This document shows positions 34,065 to 50,600 of a DNA stretch of 64,000 bases, piece by piece; the stretch's first letter is position 1; each line of letters opens with the position of its first letter. This DNA is from the human T2T-CHM13v2.0 reference genome, Homo sapiens. The stretch lies in the NCBI RefSeq assembly GCF_009914755.1, contig NC_060943.1; one strand, given 5' to 3'. The position numbers and the translations under genes are program-made. The notes beneath the pieces are model-generated. The model made no database searches, was not told the DNA's origin, and worked only from the letters and a program-made list of their open reading frames with translations.

Positions 34065-34373
34065 TTTTTTTTTCTTTTCTTTTCTTTTTTTTTTTGAGAA
34101 GAATTCTCGCTCTGTTGCCCCAGGCTGGAGTGCAGTGGTGTGATCTTGGCTCACTGCGACCTCTGCCTCCTAGGCTCAAGCCATTCTGCCTTAGCCTCCT
34201 GAGTAGCTGGGATTACAGGTGCACACCACAACACCTGGCTAGTTTTTGTATTTTTAGTAGAGACGGGGTTTCACCATGTTGGTCAGGCTGGTCTCGAACT
34301 CCTGACCTCATGATCTGCCCGCCTCAGCCTCCCAAAGTGGTGGGATTACAGGCGTGAGCCACCGCACCCAGCT
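34065..34373 (-). mobile_element. AluS
   Basis: Antisense Alu; TSD 'tattctcctttt'. Confidence 0.92.
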
Positions 34374-34587
34374 ATTCTCCTTTTCAATCACTGTTCTGCC
34401 AACAGAAACTTATATCCTGGCTTTTTATACAATAAATAATATTTGTCTGTTTTTGAACTTTAAATAAATAGATTAATACAATAAGTTCTCATTTTTGGCC
34501 AGCTTCTTTTGTTCAACATTGTGAGATTAATCTCTGTTGCTGTCTGTGGTTTGCATATTTATTGATCTACCATGTGACATCATATAA

Positions 34588-34956
<369 letters not shown>

Positions 34957-35213
34957 CTTGTGTGCATTTTTAAAGATAAATTTCTGCAATTATGTAGATA
35001 TTTTACCACAAATATAATTAAAATATATTTATATCTTCAGCTTGTGTAGGCATTGGCAAGCCCTCTTCCAGAATGTAGTACCAACTTATACTACCAGCAC
35101 TACAGGATGGATTATATATTATCTAATTGTCTTTATTTTCTAAACCCTACAGTGTAAACTTTGTGAAGTCAAAGGCCTTTAATTTCATTCACCATAATAT
35201 TTGCAATTTTTAA

Positions 35214-35873
<660 letters not shown>

Positions 35874-38362
35874 TTATTTATGCTTTTCTGAACATTTTTT
35901 TCCACATCTCTGTCTCTTTACACATAAGATTTATCTGCCAAAATTTTTTTTCTTATTTTGACCATTCTCAGTGAGGGTCATTCCACCCCAGGAGATACTG
36001 TAACCAAGCAGGTGCAATTGAAGGCAGGCCTTGGCTGACCAGGTGAGCTCTAAGCAATTGTAAATAACTACCTTCCAAATATGTATAATTTATATTTTTT
36101 ATTTATATACCATAAACGTTTATTAAGCTGTAATATTTACAATATTATTTTCTGTTCTGAGATCTACAACTATATCTACATAACACCAATGACAATATTT
36201 TAATAAACAGGAGGAATATATATATATAGCTTTACAAAAAAAGCCTGATACATTTGCATCGTATAAGATACTGTAGAATCAATTTCCAAAGCTCAAAGAA
36301 CTAAAACACACACACACAGACACACACACACAAACATCCTAATACAAGAGTCAACATTTCTCCTCTTTCCTGGGTCCAGGTATGAGAGTCATCACTGTGT
36401 CTGTGAGCTGAGACCAGAAATAAGACACCCACCTGTGGCAACATCCACATATAAAAGTCACAATACAAACTGTGAGCTATATCCACAAGTGAGACTCAGA
36501 ACCTCAGCAGTGGGCTCCGTCCATGTGTGAGGGTGATAATCCTGTCAGCTGGGTGTGCATAGAAGAGTCACAATCTCAACTTTGTACTGGGACCTAATAT
36601 GAAACCCTTGGTGAAATGTAAGGGCTTTATATTATATACATGAGTGTGGTAATCTTCTGAGAACTTTCTGCAAGTAGAAGACTCAGGACCTTACCCATTG
36701 CCCTAAGCCCAGCTACAAGAATCAACACCTCTTCTATTGGCTAAATCCAAGTATGAGAGTCATCATTGCACCTGTGAGCTTGATCCAGAAATGAGTCATC
36801 ATCTCACACATTGCTAAATTTACATAGGACAGTCACAACTCTAACTGTGGACCATGTCCACATGTGAGATTCAGGACCTCACCAGTGGATTCTGTCCATG
36901 TGTGAGAGTGACAATTCTAATTGTCCACTGGGCGTGCCTATGGGATGCACAATCTCACCTGTGTGCTGAGTCCTGTTAGGACACTCTGTGTCACTCAAGG
37001 ATGTTATAGGATATGCATGAGTGTCATCATCTTCTGTGACATTACCACAAATAGGAAACAGAAGACCTTACCTATTCCCCTAATTCTAGCCATGAGAGTC
37101 AAAATCTTTTCTGTTGGTTGGGTCCACATATGACAGTCATCATCACACCTGTGAGCTAGGCCTAGGTATGTCACAATCCCACCTGTGGGAAGACCAGACA
37201 GGAGAGTCACATTGCTTGAATGTTGGTCTAGGAATATTTCAATAACCCCATGTGTTCAGGGCCCTGGCAAGAAAGTCACATTACTTGAGTGCTGAGCTCA
37301 GCAATATGTCAAAATGCCTCTGTGGGCAGGGCTTAGCCTAGAGAACCACATCACCTGGGTTCTGTGTAAAGCAATATTTCACAATTAACTCTGTTTACAT
37401 GGCTCAGGAAGGAAAGGAAAGTCATGTAGGTTCTGGCCTACTGGATAGGTCACAATCCCTCCTTTGACAGAACTCAGGCAGCAGAGTCACATCATTTGTG
37501 TGTAGGGCCCAGTATATGTCAAAATCCTCACTGCAGTCAGGGGCCATGATGGAAGAAAGAGTCATGTCACCTAGGTTCTGGGCAAGGAATATGTCACAAT
37601 CCACCTGTGGACTCAGCTCTGGCCCCAGAGTCACATCTCCTGAGCACTAAATTCAGGAATATGTCACAGTGCCCTTTGTGGTACAGGCCAGAGCAGATGT
37701 ATCACATCACCTAGGTGCTATGCCCAGCAATATGTCACTATTTATTTTGTGGGCAAGGCCCAAGCAAAAGAAGAATTACATCATCTAGGTGATGAGCCCC
37801 ATGATATATCACAGTGCCCCCTTTGTGTAGGGTCCAAGCAGAAGTGAAAAGTCTCATCATTGTGTCTTGGGCCTAGGAATACATCACAATGGCTTGTGTA
37901 AGCAGTGCTTAGGCAGAAGAGTCCCATTACCTAGGTGCTGGGCCCAGAGATATGTGGAAATCTTCCTGTGGGCAGAGCACAAGCAGGTGAGGAAGGTCAC
38001 ATCAGCTAGGTGGTAGGCCCAGAGATATGTCACAATTTCCCCTTTAGGGCAGGCCAATGCAGAAGAGTCACATCACCTGGGAGATAGTCCCCACATTATG
38101 TCACCTTGCCCCTTGTAGACAGGGCCCTGGTGGGAGCTGAAAATCGCATGACCTAAGGGCTAGTCTTAGCGATATCTTACAATTCTCTTTTAGGACAGAG
38201 TACAGACAGGAGAGGAGAGTCACATCACCTAAGTACTGAGCCCAGTGACATGTCACCATTCTCTTTTATGGCAGGGACCAGGAGCGTCACATCACCAAGG
38301 TGTTGGGTTCAGTGATATGTCAAAATCTCCCCTATGGACAGGGGCCAGGCAGGAGAAAACAC

Positions 38363-38713
38363 TGATATGGTTTGGCTGTGTCCCCACCCAAATCTCACCT
38401 TAAATTTTAGCAATCCCTTCATGTTAAGAGCAAGGACAGGTAAATATAATTGAATTATGGAGGTGGTTTTATACTGTTCTTGGGGTAGTGAATAAGTCTC
38501 GTGGGATCTAATGGTTTTATAAAAGGGAGTTCCCATGCACAGGCCTTTATGCCTGCCACCATGTAAGATGCCTTTTTGCTCTTCCTTTATCTTTTACCAT
38601 GACTGTGGGCCTCCTCAGCCATGTGGAACTGTGAGTCCATTAAACCTATTTCTTCTATAAATTACCCAGTCTTGAGGATGACTTTATTCGCAGTATGAGA
38701 ACAGACTAATGTA
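38363..38713 (+). mobile_element. THE1-family MaLR solo LTR
   Basis: Starts 'tgatatggtttggctgtgtccccacccaaatctca', ends 'gagaacagactaat'; ~350 bp. Confidence 0.9.
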
Positions 38714-41700
38714 GAAAGTCACAATTTTAGTTGATGGGCCCACACATATATCACAATGCCCTCTGTGGGCAGGGCCCATGCAGCAGAGTCAAACCACTTG
38801 AGTGCTGGGCCCAGCATTTTGTAACAATCACAGCTGTGGGTGGCACATATTCAGAAGAGGATAGCCACTTCACCCAGGTGATGGGGCCAGAGATATGTCA
38901 CGATGCCCCTTTTGGGCAAAGCCCAGGTAGTAGAGGAGAGTCACCTCACCTAGGTCTGGGGCCCAGTGATATTTTCTATTTTTTTGTATGTAAGGCACAG
39001 GAAAAAGTCACATCACATAGGTTCTGGGTTCAGTGATATGTCACAATTCTTCCTATGGGCAACACAGAGGCAGAAGAGTCACCTCACGTACATGCTGGAT
39101 ACAGTAATATATCAATTTTCCCTGAAAACAGGGCTCTGGCAGGTAAAAAGAATCCCATTACTTGGGTGATGAGCAGAAAGATGTGTCACAATGCCTTTTG
39201 TAGGCGGGCAAGGCCAGGCAGGAGACTAACATCACCTGGGTCCTGGGCTCAGCAACATGTCACAATCTCCCCTTGGGCATTGCCCAGGCATGAAAAGAGA
39301 GTTACATCATCTAGGTGATACATCCAAATACATGTCACACACACAAAAAAACAGGGCCTAGAAAAAAATAGAGACAGATTACCTAGGTGCTGGATCCAGA
39401 GACATGTTACATTCCCTTCTGTGAGCCAGAACCAGGCAGGAGAGGAGAGTCACATCACCTAGATGATGGGTGCAGAGGTATGTCACAGTGTTCTCCATAG
39501 GCGAAGCCCAGATAGGAGAGTTAAATCATCTGGGTTCAAGGCTTATGAGTAGGGCTCACTCAGGAGAAAAGAGTCACATCATTTAGCTGTTGAACATGGT
39601 AACATGTCACAATACCCACTGTGGGTGGGTCAATAAAGGGAAGAAGCATTACATCACCTAGGTGATGAGCCCAGTGACATCTCACATTTCCCACTGTTGG
39701 GAGGGCCCAAACAGGAGAGAGTCACATTACCTAGGTGCTGGGCCCAGCGATATGCAACTCTCCCCCGCTGAGCAGATTCCAGGCAGGAGAGGAAAGTGAC
39801 ATCATCTGCTTGCTGGGCTCAGCAATATGTTACCATTCATCCTGTGGATGGGGTCCAGGTAGTAGAGGTGAAAAAAATCACCTAGGTTCTGGGTTCAGTG
39901 ATATGTCATAATACCCCCGAGGGAATGACCCAGGGATGAGAGGGGAGTCCCTTAATCTAGTTAATGTTCCCAGGGATATGTCACAATGTCCCTGTAGGAA
40001 CAGGGAGGAATGTCACAATGTCCCATATTCCAGGGAGGAATGTCCTGGAGGAAGAAATCTAAATGCTGGGCTTAGCAATATGTCACAATCTTTTCTGTTT
40101 GCAGATCCCAGGCAAAAGAAGAAAGTCACAGCATTTAGGTGTTTGGCCCAGGTATATGTCACAATTCCAGTTTTGGCCTGGGCCAAGGCAGGAAAGTCAA
40201 ATTACTAAGGAGCTGGGCAAAGGCATATGTCATAATCACATTTGTGGGAAGGTACAGGGATGAGATTGACAACCCTGTATATGTCCCAGCTCTAGGTATG
40301 AGATTCAACATCTGTGTGTTGGGTCCTCGTACATGAGTCACAAACTCAATGGTGGACTGGGCATGTGCATGAGACCTCAATCTCACCAGCAGACTATATC
40401 CCAGTAGGGAACTCACAGCCTCACAGGGGTGCTAAATCCAGGTCAGAGAGTCATTATCTCACTTGTGGACTGGATTCTTGTCTGAGACACAATTCCAAAT
40501 TTTGACTGCCTCCAGCTATGAGATTTAGGACTTCAACAGTGTGCTGTATTCAAGTGGGAGGGTGACAATTCTTACATCACCTGGGTGTACATACAAGAGT
40601 CACAATCTCATCAGTGTGCTGGGCCCTATTATGACACACTGTACAACTTGAGGGCTTTAAAATATACACCTGAGAGCCACAATCTGCTCTGAGACCTTCA
40701 TGCTTGTATGGATCTGTGATCTTACTCATTGCCCTAGAATCAGGTATGAGATTGAACATCTCTTATTGGCTGGATCCAGGTATGAGAGTTACCACCATTC
40801 CTGTGATCTGAGTCCATAAATGAGTCACCATTGGAACTGTGGCCATATTCACATATGATAATCACAATTCCAACTGTGGACTGTGTTTGCAATTCAGGCT
40901 TAGAATTTTACCAACAGGCTCTGTCCATGTGAGAGAGTGACAGTTATAACTGTGGCCTGGGTGTGCATATGAGAGTCACAATCTCTACTGTATGCTGAGT
41001 CCTGTTATGATACTCTCTGTACCACTCAAGTGCTTTATATAGTATGAGTGAGTGATGTGATCCTTTGTGATCTTTATACAATTTAGAAACTAAGGAACTT
41101 ACTGGTTGCCCTAATCTTAGCTATGAAAATTACCATCTCTCCTATTAGCTGAGTCCAGGTACAAGAGTCATCCTCATCCCTGTTAGCTGGGAGCAGGGAT
41201 AAGGCTGGATCATCACATCCCGTGGGTGCTGGACCAGGGCTCGGCAAATGTATACATAAAAATCACACCTGCAAGAAGGTCCAGTGGTTAGATTTACAAT
41301 TCTGCACGTGTCCCAGCTTTAGGTATGAGAGTCAACACCTCCTGTGAGTTACGCACAAGTACAGGACTCATCATCTCAATAGTAAATTGGATCCATGCAT
41401 GAGAGTCCCAGCCCCACCTAGGGGCTGTGTTCTGGTGTGAGAGTAACAGGCCCATGGGTGTGCTGAATTCTGGTCCAAGCATCACCACCCCACCTGTGGA
41501 TGGGATCCATGTATGAAAGTCATGATTTTAACTGTCAACTGTCTCTGGATGTCAGATTCAGAACCTCAAAGGTGAGCTGTGTCCATGTGGGAGAGTGGCA
41601 ACTCTTATTTTTGGGTGAGTGTGCATTTAAGGATCACAATCTTCCCTGTGTGATTGGCACCGTTATGACATTTTCTGTATCACCCAAAGGCTTTATATGA

Positions 41701-42563
41701 TATGCATGAGAGTCACAGTCTGCTCTGAGAGTTTTGTGCTAGTATGACCCATGATTTTACCTGTTGCCCTAAGCCCAGGTATGAGAGTCAACCTCTCACT
41801 AATTTGCTGTATCCAGGAATGACAGTCATCACTGTGCCTGTCAGCTGGATTCAGAAGTGAGTCACCATCCCACCCGTGGCTGGATCCACGTATAAGTCAC
41901 AATTTTAACTGCAAACTGCATTTACATGTGAGATTTGAGATCTTAACATGTGTAAGTTAAAATCCTAACTGTCGGCTGGGTGTGCATGTGAGAATCACAG
42001 TCTCACCTATGTGCTGAGCCCTGTTATGACACTCTTTGCACCAACTGAAAGCCTTATACAATATGCATGAGTATTGTAATTTTCTCTGACCGTCGTACAA
42101 GAAACACACCCAAACCTTACTCACTGCTTGAAGCCTAGCAAAGAGAATCAATATCTCTCCTATTTGCTGGGTTCAGGTATGATTGTCATCATTGCACCAG
42201 TGAGCTGAGCCCAGATGTATGTCACAATCCCGCCCGTAGACAGGGACCAGGCAGAAGAGTCACATCACCTGGATGCTAGGACAGGAATATGTCAATCCTC
42301 ATTATGAGCAGGATGAGGGAAGAAGAGTCATTGCTGGGTTCTGGGCCTAGTGATATGCCACAGCCCTTCATGTGGGCAGGTCCCAAGCAGACGAGAACAA
42401 TAACATTACTTAGGTGATGAGCCCAGCAATATGTAACAATGCCCAATATGAGCAGGGCCCAGGGAAGAGAGGAGAGTCACATCACCTAGTTGCTGGTTCC
42501 CATAATATGTTGCAATTCCCACTGTTCACAGGACTTAGCAAAAGAAGTGAGTCACAAAATTTA

Positions 42564-42875
<312 letters not shown>

Positions 42876-43889
42876 TTAGGTGCTGGGTTAAGCAATAGTT
42901 CAAATAGTTCACAATCCCCACTGTTGGCAAAGATCAGGCAGCAGAGAAGACTCAAATCACCTAGATGCTTGGTGCAGCAATATGTTACATGTTCTTCTGA
43001 AGCTGAGACCCAGACAGGAGAGAAGAGTATCTTCACCTAGGTGTTTGACTAAGAAATATGTCATAATGTCCCATGTGGGGAGAAATAAGTCAGAACAAGC
43101 ACATCACCTAGGTGCTGGGCCCAGTGGTATGTCACAATCTTCTCTGTGATCAAAGCCTTGGCACAAGGGGAGAGTCACATTACCTAGGTGTTGAATTCAG
43201 AAATATGTAACAATCACTTCTAAGTAATGGGTTCAGGCAGATGAGGAGAGTCATGTTACCTTGGTCCTTGGCCTTGATATATGTCACAATTTCATTTGTG
43301 GGCTGAGCCCACAAAGAAAACTAAAATCACTCAGGGTATGGGCAAAAGCATACATCACAATCACACCTGCAGAAAAGTCCAGGGATGAGATACACAATCC
43401 CAAACATGTCCAGCTCCAGGGAGGACAGTCAACACCTCCTGTGTGTTCAGTCCGAGTATGCAAGTCAGAATCTAGATATTGGACTGGATTTGTGCCTGAG
43501 AGTCTCAAATCAACCTTCAGATTGTGTCCTGGTAGTAGAGTCACAGCCTCAGAGGTGTGATAAATCTTGGTCTGGAGTCATTATCTCATCTGTGGACCTG
43601 ATCTATGTATGAGACTCACAATTCCAACTTTTAGCTACCTCTTGAGTGTGAGATTCATGACCTCAACAGTGGGCTGTAGCTATTTAAGAGGGTGAAAATT
43701 CTTACTGTGAACTGGACGTGCATATGAGGGTCACTATCTCACCTGTGCACTGGGCCCTGTTACCACACTCTTGGTGCCACTCGAGGGCTGTCTATGGTAT
43801 GCCTCAAAGTCACAATCCACAATTAGATCTACATGCTGGTATGAACTCATGATCTTACCCATTGTCCTAAGCCCAGGAATGAGAGCTAA

Positions 43890-44293
<404 letters not shown>

Positions 44294-47256
44294 ATGACAG
44301 TTACAATTTCAACTGTGGACGGCATCCACATGTGATACTCAGGACCTCACCGTGGTCTCTGTCCATGTGTGGGAGTGACAATCCTCACTGTTTGCTGGGT
44401 ATGCCTATGAGAATCACAGTTTTAACTTTATGCTGGAATCTGTTATGACACTCTCTGTATCATCAGAAGGGATCATACAATATGCATGAGTTTTGTAATC
44501 TTCTGTGACCTTCATACAAGTAGAAAGTCCAGGACCTTGCCCATTGCTTGAAGGCTACCTATGAGCGTCAACATATCTCCTCTTGGCTAGATCCAGGTAT
44601 GCAGCTAATCACTGTGCCTCTGAGCTGGGTCCAGAAATCAGTCACTGTTCAACTTGTTTCCAGGTGTACACATGACAGTCAGACTTTTCACTGTGGACTG
44701 CATCTGCGTGTGAGGTTCAGAAGCTCACCAGTGTGCTTCTTTCATGTTTGGAAGTGACAATCCCAATTGTTGGCTTGGTATGCCTGTGAGAGTCACAGTC
44801 TCACCTGTGTGCTGAGTCCTATTATTACATTCTCTGTAGCACATGAAGTATTTATAAGATATGCATAAATTTTATACATCTCTGTGACCCTTCTAAAGTA
44901 GGAAACCCAGGACTTTACCTATTGCCTAAAGTCTAACTAAGAGCGTCAAAATCATTCCTATTGTCTGGGTTCTCATATGAGTGTAATCGTAATGCCTGTG
45001 AGCTGGAAAAACTATATGTCAAAACTTAGCCTGTGTGAATAAACCAGAAAAGAGAATCATGTCACCTGAACACTGGACTAAAAACATGTCGCTATCCACT
45101 CTGTGGGGAGGGCCATGGCAGAGAAGTCCCATAACCTGGGTACTGGTCCCAGCAGTATGTTGCAATGCCTTCTGTGGGCAAGGTTCATGCAGGAAAGACA
45201 CATTATCTGCATGCAGGGCACAGCAATATGTCACCCTGTGTACAGGGCTCAGGTAAGAGAGGAGAGTCACAATATCCAGTTGTTGGGCCTATTGATAGGT
45301 CACAATGCCTCCTTTTGGAGGAGCCAAGGCAGGAGAGTCATATCATTTATGCATAGGGCTCAGTGATATATCACAACCCACACTGCGGCAAAGCCCATGC
45401 AAAAGAGTAAAGTCATATCACTTAGGTGATTGGCCCAGTTATATGCTACAACTATCTGTGTTGGCAGGGCCCAAGCAGGAGAGGACAATTACATAACCTG
45501 GGTTATGGGCCCAAAGATATGTCACAATTTCCCCTGAGGACAAGGCCTATGTAGGAAAGGAAAATAACTTAAATGCTTGGCTCAGGTATACATCACAATT
45601 TTATTTTTGGGCTTTACCCAGGCAGGAGAGTCAAATCACTCAGGTGCTGGGCAAATGTATATATCACAATCACACTAGCAAGAAGGTCGAGAAATGAGAT
45701 TCAAAATTCCACACATTTTCTGACTTCAGGTATGAGAGCCAAGAGACCTCATTTGAGTTGGGTCCAAGTACATAAGTCACAATCTTAATGGTGGACTCAA
45801 TCCCTGCAAGAGAGCCCCAATTCCAAATGCAACTATTTCTGAATCTAAGAGTCACAGCCTCACAGGTGTTCTGAATCCTAGTCTTTGAGTCACCATTCTA
45901 CCTGTTAAGCAGATCCAAGTATGAGAGTCATAATTCCAACTTTCAACTGCCTCCATGTGTGAGATCCACAGCCTCAACAGTGGACGGTTTCCATGTGTGA
46001 CAGTGCCAATGTTTACTGTTGGCTGAGTGTGCATAGGAGAGTCACAATTTCACCTGTGTTCTTGGTTGTGTTATGATACTATCTGTATTACCCATGGGCT
46101 TTTTATGGTATAAGTGGCAGTTGAAATCTGCTTTGAGACCTTCATGCTGGTATGAACCAATGATTGTACCCATTGCCCTATGCCCAGGTATGAGAGTCAC
46201 ATCTCTCTTGTTGGCCAGATATAGGTATGACAGTCATCAAAGTGTCTGTAAGCTGGCTCCAAAAATAGGTCAGCATACCAACTGTCCCAGGACCCACATA
46301 TGACTGTCACACATCTAATTTTGGAGTTTGCCCATGAGATTCAGGACCTCACCAGTGGGCTCTTCTTATGTGTGAGGGTGACAATCCTAACTGTCAGCTG
46401 GGCATGCCTATGAGAGTAACAATCTCACTTGTGTAGTGGATCCTGTTATTATACTCTCAATATTACACAGAAGCTTTATAGGATAAGCTTGAGTGTCATA
46501 ATCTTTTGTGATCTTTCCTCACATAAGAGACACATTACTTTATCCATTGCGCTAAGCCTAAAATAAAAAGGCAAAAAACACCCTTATTGGCGGGTCCGTA
46601 TATCAAATTAGCCAGTAAAAAAGATACTCTCTGTCCTAGCCAGGCTGAGAGAAACAGGTCTTCTGGGTCTTCTCTTTGTACAAAGATCATAAAAAATTAC
46701 CACTTCCTTCCAAATTGTATAAAGACCTTGGGTGATGCGGAGAGTGTAAAATGCAGGTGATACAGAGAGTGTATCCAGCACACAATAGAAATTTTTCTTA
46801 TTTTATGTACACCCAGCCAACCATTAGCCTTGTCACCCTCACACATAAACAGAGCCCACTGGTAAGGTCCTGAATCTAACTCGTGGATGCAGTTCACAGT
46901 TGAAATTGGGACTGCATATGTGAACACCTGGCTACAGTTGGAATAGTGACTCATTTCTAAACCCAGCTCATAGGCAGATGAAGACCCTCGTATCTAAACT
47001 CAGCCATTCTTAAAGATGTTCACTCTCATATCTGGGCTTAGAATCACAGGTAAAATTGTAGGTTCACACAAGCACAAAAGTTTCAGAATGGATTGCAACT
47101 CTCATGCATACTGCATAATGCCCTCAGTAAGACAGAGAGGGTCCTTACAGGGCCGGGCACACAAATGAGATTGTGACACTCATATGCACACCCAGCCAAC
47201 GGTAAAAACTGTCATCCAACCACATGAATGCAGCCAGTGTTAAAGTCCTGAATCTC

Positions 47257-47620
<364 letters not shown>

Positions 47621-50600
47621 TCAGCAACCCACCTGACCAAGATTCATCATACCTGTGAGGCTGTGACCCTTTGAAAATAATACAGTGCATGGGAGGGATT
47701 GTGGCTGTCATGCAAGGATCCTGTCCGCTGTTGAGATTGTAACTCTTGTACTGAGACCCAACATACAGAATGTATTGACTCTTATACCTAGAACTGGGCC
47801 ATGTGCATGATTGTTAATTTTATCCCTGGACTTTTCTGCAGGTGTGATCGTGACATATTTCTTTGCCCAGTACCTGAGTGATTTGACTCTCTTGCCTGGG
47901 CCCTCTCCTTATAGGGTGTTGTGACATATTTCCGAACCCAGGACTAAGTGATTTGACTTTCTTCTGCCACTTGGGCTCTGACCAAGAAGGGATTGTGATG
48001 TATTACTGGACCCAGAACCAAGGTGATGTGACTCTTCTCTTACATCAGGGCACTGCCAAAAAAAAATTGTGACATATCACAGGACCCTGATTCTAGATGA
48101 TGTAACTCTCCTCTTTTTGCTTTGCCCCACATATTTTGGATACCATGACACATCGCTAGGCCCAGAACCTAGGGGATGTGAGGCTCCTGCCTAAGCCCAC
48201 CCTGCAGCGAGCCTTGTGACATATGTCTGCATCCATGACCTAAGAATTGTGACTCTTTCTGCCTGAACTTTGCCAACAAGGAAAATTGTGACATATTTCT
48301 GCACCTACCAACCAGCTGATGTGTCTCTCCTGCCTGGGATTTTCCCAGAGAGAGCATTGTGACATATTGCTGGGTCCAGCAGCCAGGTGAGGTGGTTCTG
48401 TTCCTGTTGCATTGTTTTCAGGAGAAGATTTTTAAATATTCTTGGCTAAGCATGCTAATGATGTGACTCTCCAGCCTGGTCCCTGTTTTCAGAAAAGACT
48501 GTGACGTATCCATGGCCTAGTGCCTAGGTGATGTGGCTCTCCTGTTCGCTCCCTACCAAGAGGTGGCATTGTGACATATATCTTGGTTCAGCTCACAGAT
48601 GCAATAATGACTATCATACCTTGTGAGTTGAACCAGGCAATAGAAGAGATACTGACTCTCACATTTAGGCTTAGAAAAATGAGTAAGACCCTGTGTCTCC
48701 TCTTTGTATGAAGGTTATAGAAAGTTACCACTCACATATCACATAAAGCATTTGGGTACTACAATGTCATCACAAATCCCAGAACATGAGTGAGACTGTG
48801 TTCTCGTGTGCACAGTCCACCAACCATTAGAATTTCCACCCTCTCACATTGACAGAGACTACAGGTGATGTTTTGAATCACACACAAATGCAGTCAGTCC
48901 ACAGTTTAAACTGTGACTTTTATATCTGAACATCAAGGCACAATTGGAATGGTTATTCATTTTTAAACCCAGCTTATAGGCAGGTGAAGACTCTCCTATC
49001 CGGACACAGTCAATAAGAAAGATGTTGACTCTCACGCCTGGGCTTAGGGCCATAGGTACGATCAAAGGTCTCTTCTAACATGAAGATTTCAGAGCAAATT
49101 TTGACTCTCATGCATATTGTATAAAGCCCTCGAGTGGTACAGAGAGTGTTCTAACAGGGTCCAGCACGCAAGTGCAATTGTAACTCTCATCTGCACACCC
49201 AGGCAAGAGTAAAGATTGTCATTGCCCCACATGAACACAGCTCACTGTTGAGGTTCTGAATCTCACAGCCTGAGGTGGCTAAAAGTTGCAAACTTGACTC
49301 TCATACATGAATCTGTTCCACAAGTGGGTTCATGACACTCAGATTAAGATTCAGCAAACCCGTGAGGCTGTGACTGTACTTAAAAAACACAATCCCCAGA
49401 AGGAATAGGGCTGTCAAACATAGATCCTGTTGGCCAATGGGATTGTGACTTGTGTACTTAGAATGACCATACAGAGATTGACTCATACCTATAACTGGGA
49501 CATGTGTGAGATTGTTAATCTCAACCCTGGACCTTCCTGTAGGTGTTATTGTTACATATGCCGCAGTCCAGCACCTGAGTGATTTGACTCTACTGCCTGG
49601 ACCCAGCTCACATATGAGATTGTAACATATAACTGGGCGCTGGGACATTTTGACACCACTGGGCCTTGCACTCGGGTGATGTCTTCTCTCATGCCTTGAC
49701 GCTGCCCACGGGAGGCATTGTAATATACCATTGGGTCCTATGCCCATTTGATTTAACTCTCCTGCCTAAGTCCTGCCTATACAGAAAATTGTTTCATATC
49801 CTGGGCCTGTCACCAAGTGATGTGACTATCTTCATTTGCCTGATCCTAGCTCTCAGGGGAGAATGGAACATATCACTTTGTTCAGTACTGAGCTGATGTG
49901 ACTTCTCTTGCCTTCTGAGGTTTTCCTCACAGGGGAGATTGTGACATAAAGCTGGGCCCAACACCATGGTGATGTTACTCTTTTGCCTTGGCACTGTCTT
50001 CAGAAGGCCTTGTGACATATTGCTGTTACCAGCACCAAGGTGAAGTGTGTCTTGTGTTTGGACCCTGCCCATAGAGTGCATTGTGACATATCTTTGGGCC
50101 CATCAACTATTTGATTTGACTATCCCCCCTTACCACATCTTTGCCCATAAGGGATATGGTGACATATATCTGGGCCCAGCACCTTGGAAATGCGATGCTC
50201 CTCTCTTGCCTGAGGTATGTTCAGAAAAGAAAGGGTGATGTATTGTTGTTTATCACCTAGGTGATATGACCTAGTACATTACTGAGTGCAAATGTGGTGT
50301 GATACTTCTGCCTGGTCCTTGCCAATAAAGGTAACTGGAATATATCTCTGAGAGCATAACTTAGATGATGTGAGTCTCCTTTTGTTTCTTGAGTCTGTCC
50401 ACAGTGGAAATTATGATATATTGCCAGGCCTTGCACCCAGTTTTTGTGACTCTCCTGCTTGTGTCCTTTCCATGTGGGGCATTGTGACATATTTCTGAAT
50501 CCAACACCAAGGTGATGTTACTCTCTTGCCTGGAATATTGTTACATCTCTCTGCACTCATCACTCAGGTGATTTGACTTCTTCCTCCTGCCTGGTCCCTG

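Noticed and set aside
37170-40250. Repeat-spacer appearance suggestive of a CRISPR array
   Set aside because: Primate DNA; the 'spacers' are homologous diverged satellite sequence; no cas genes
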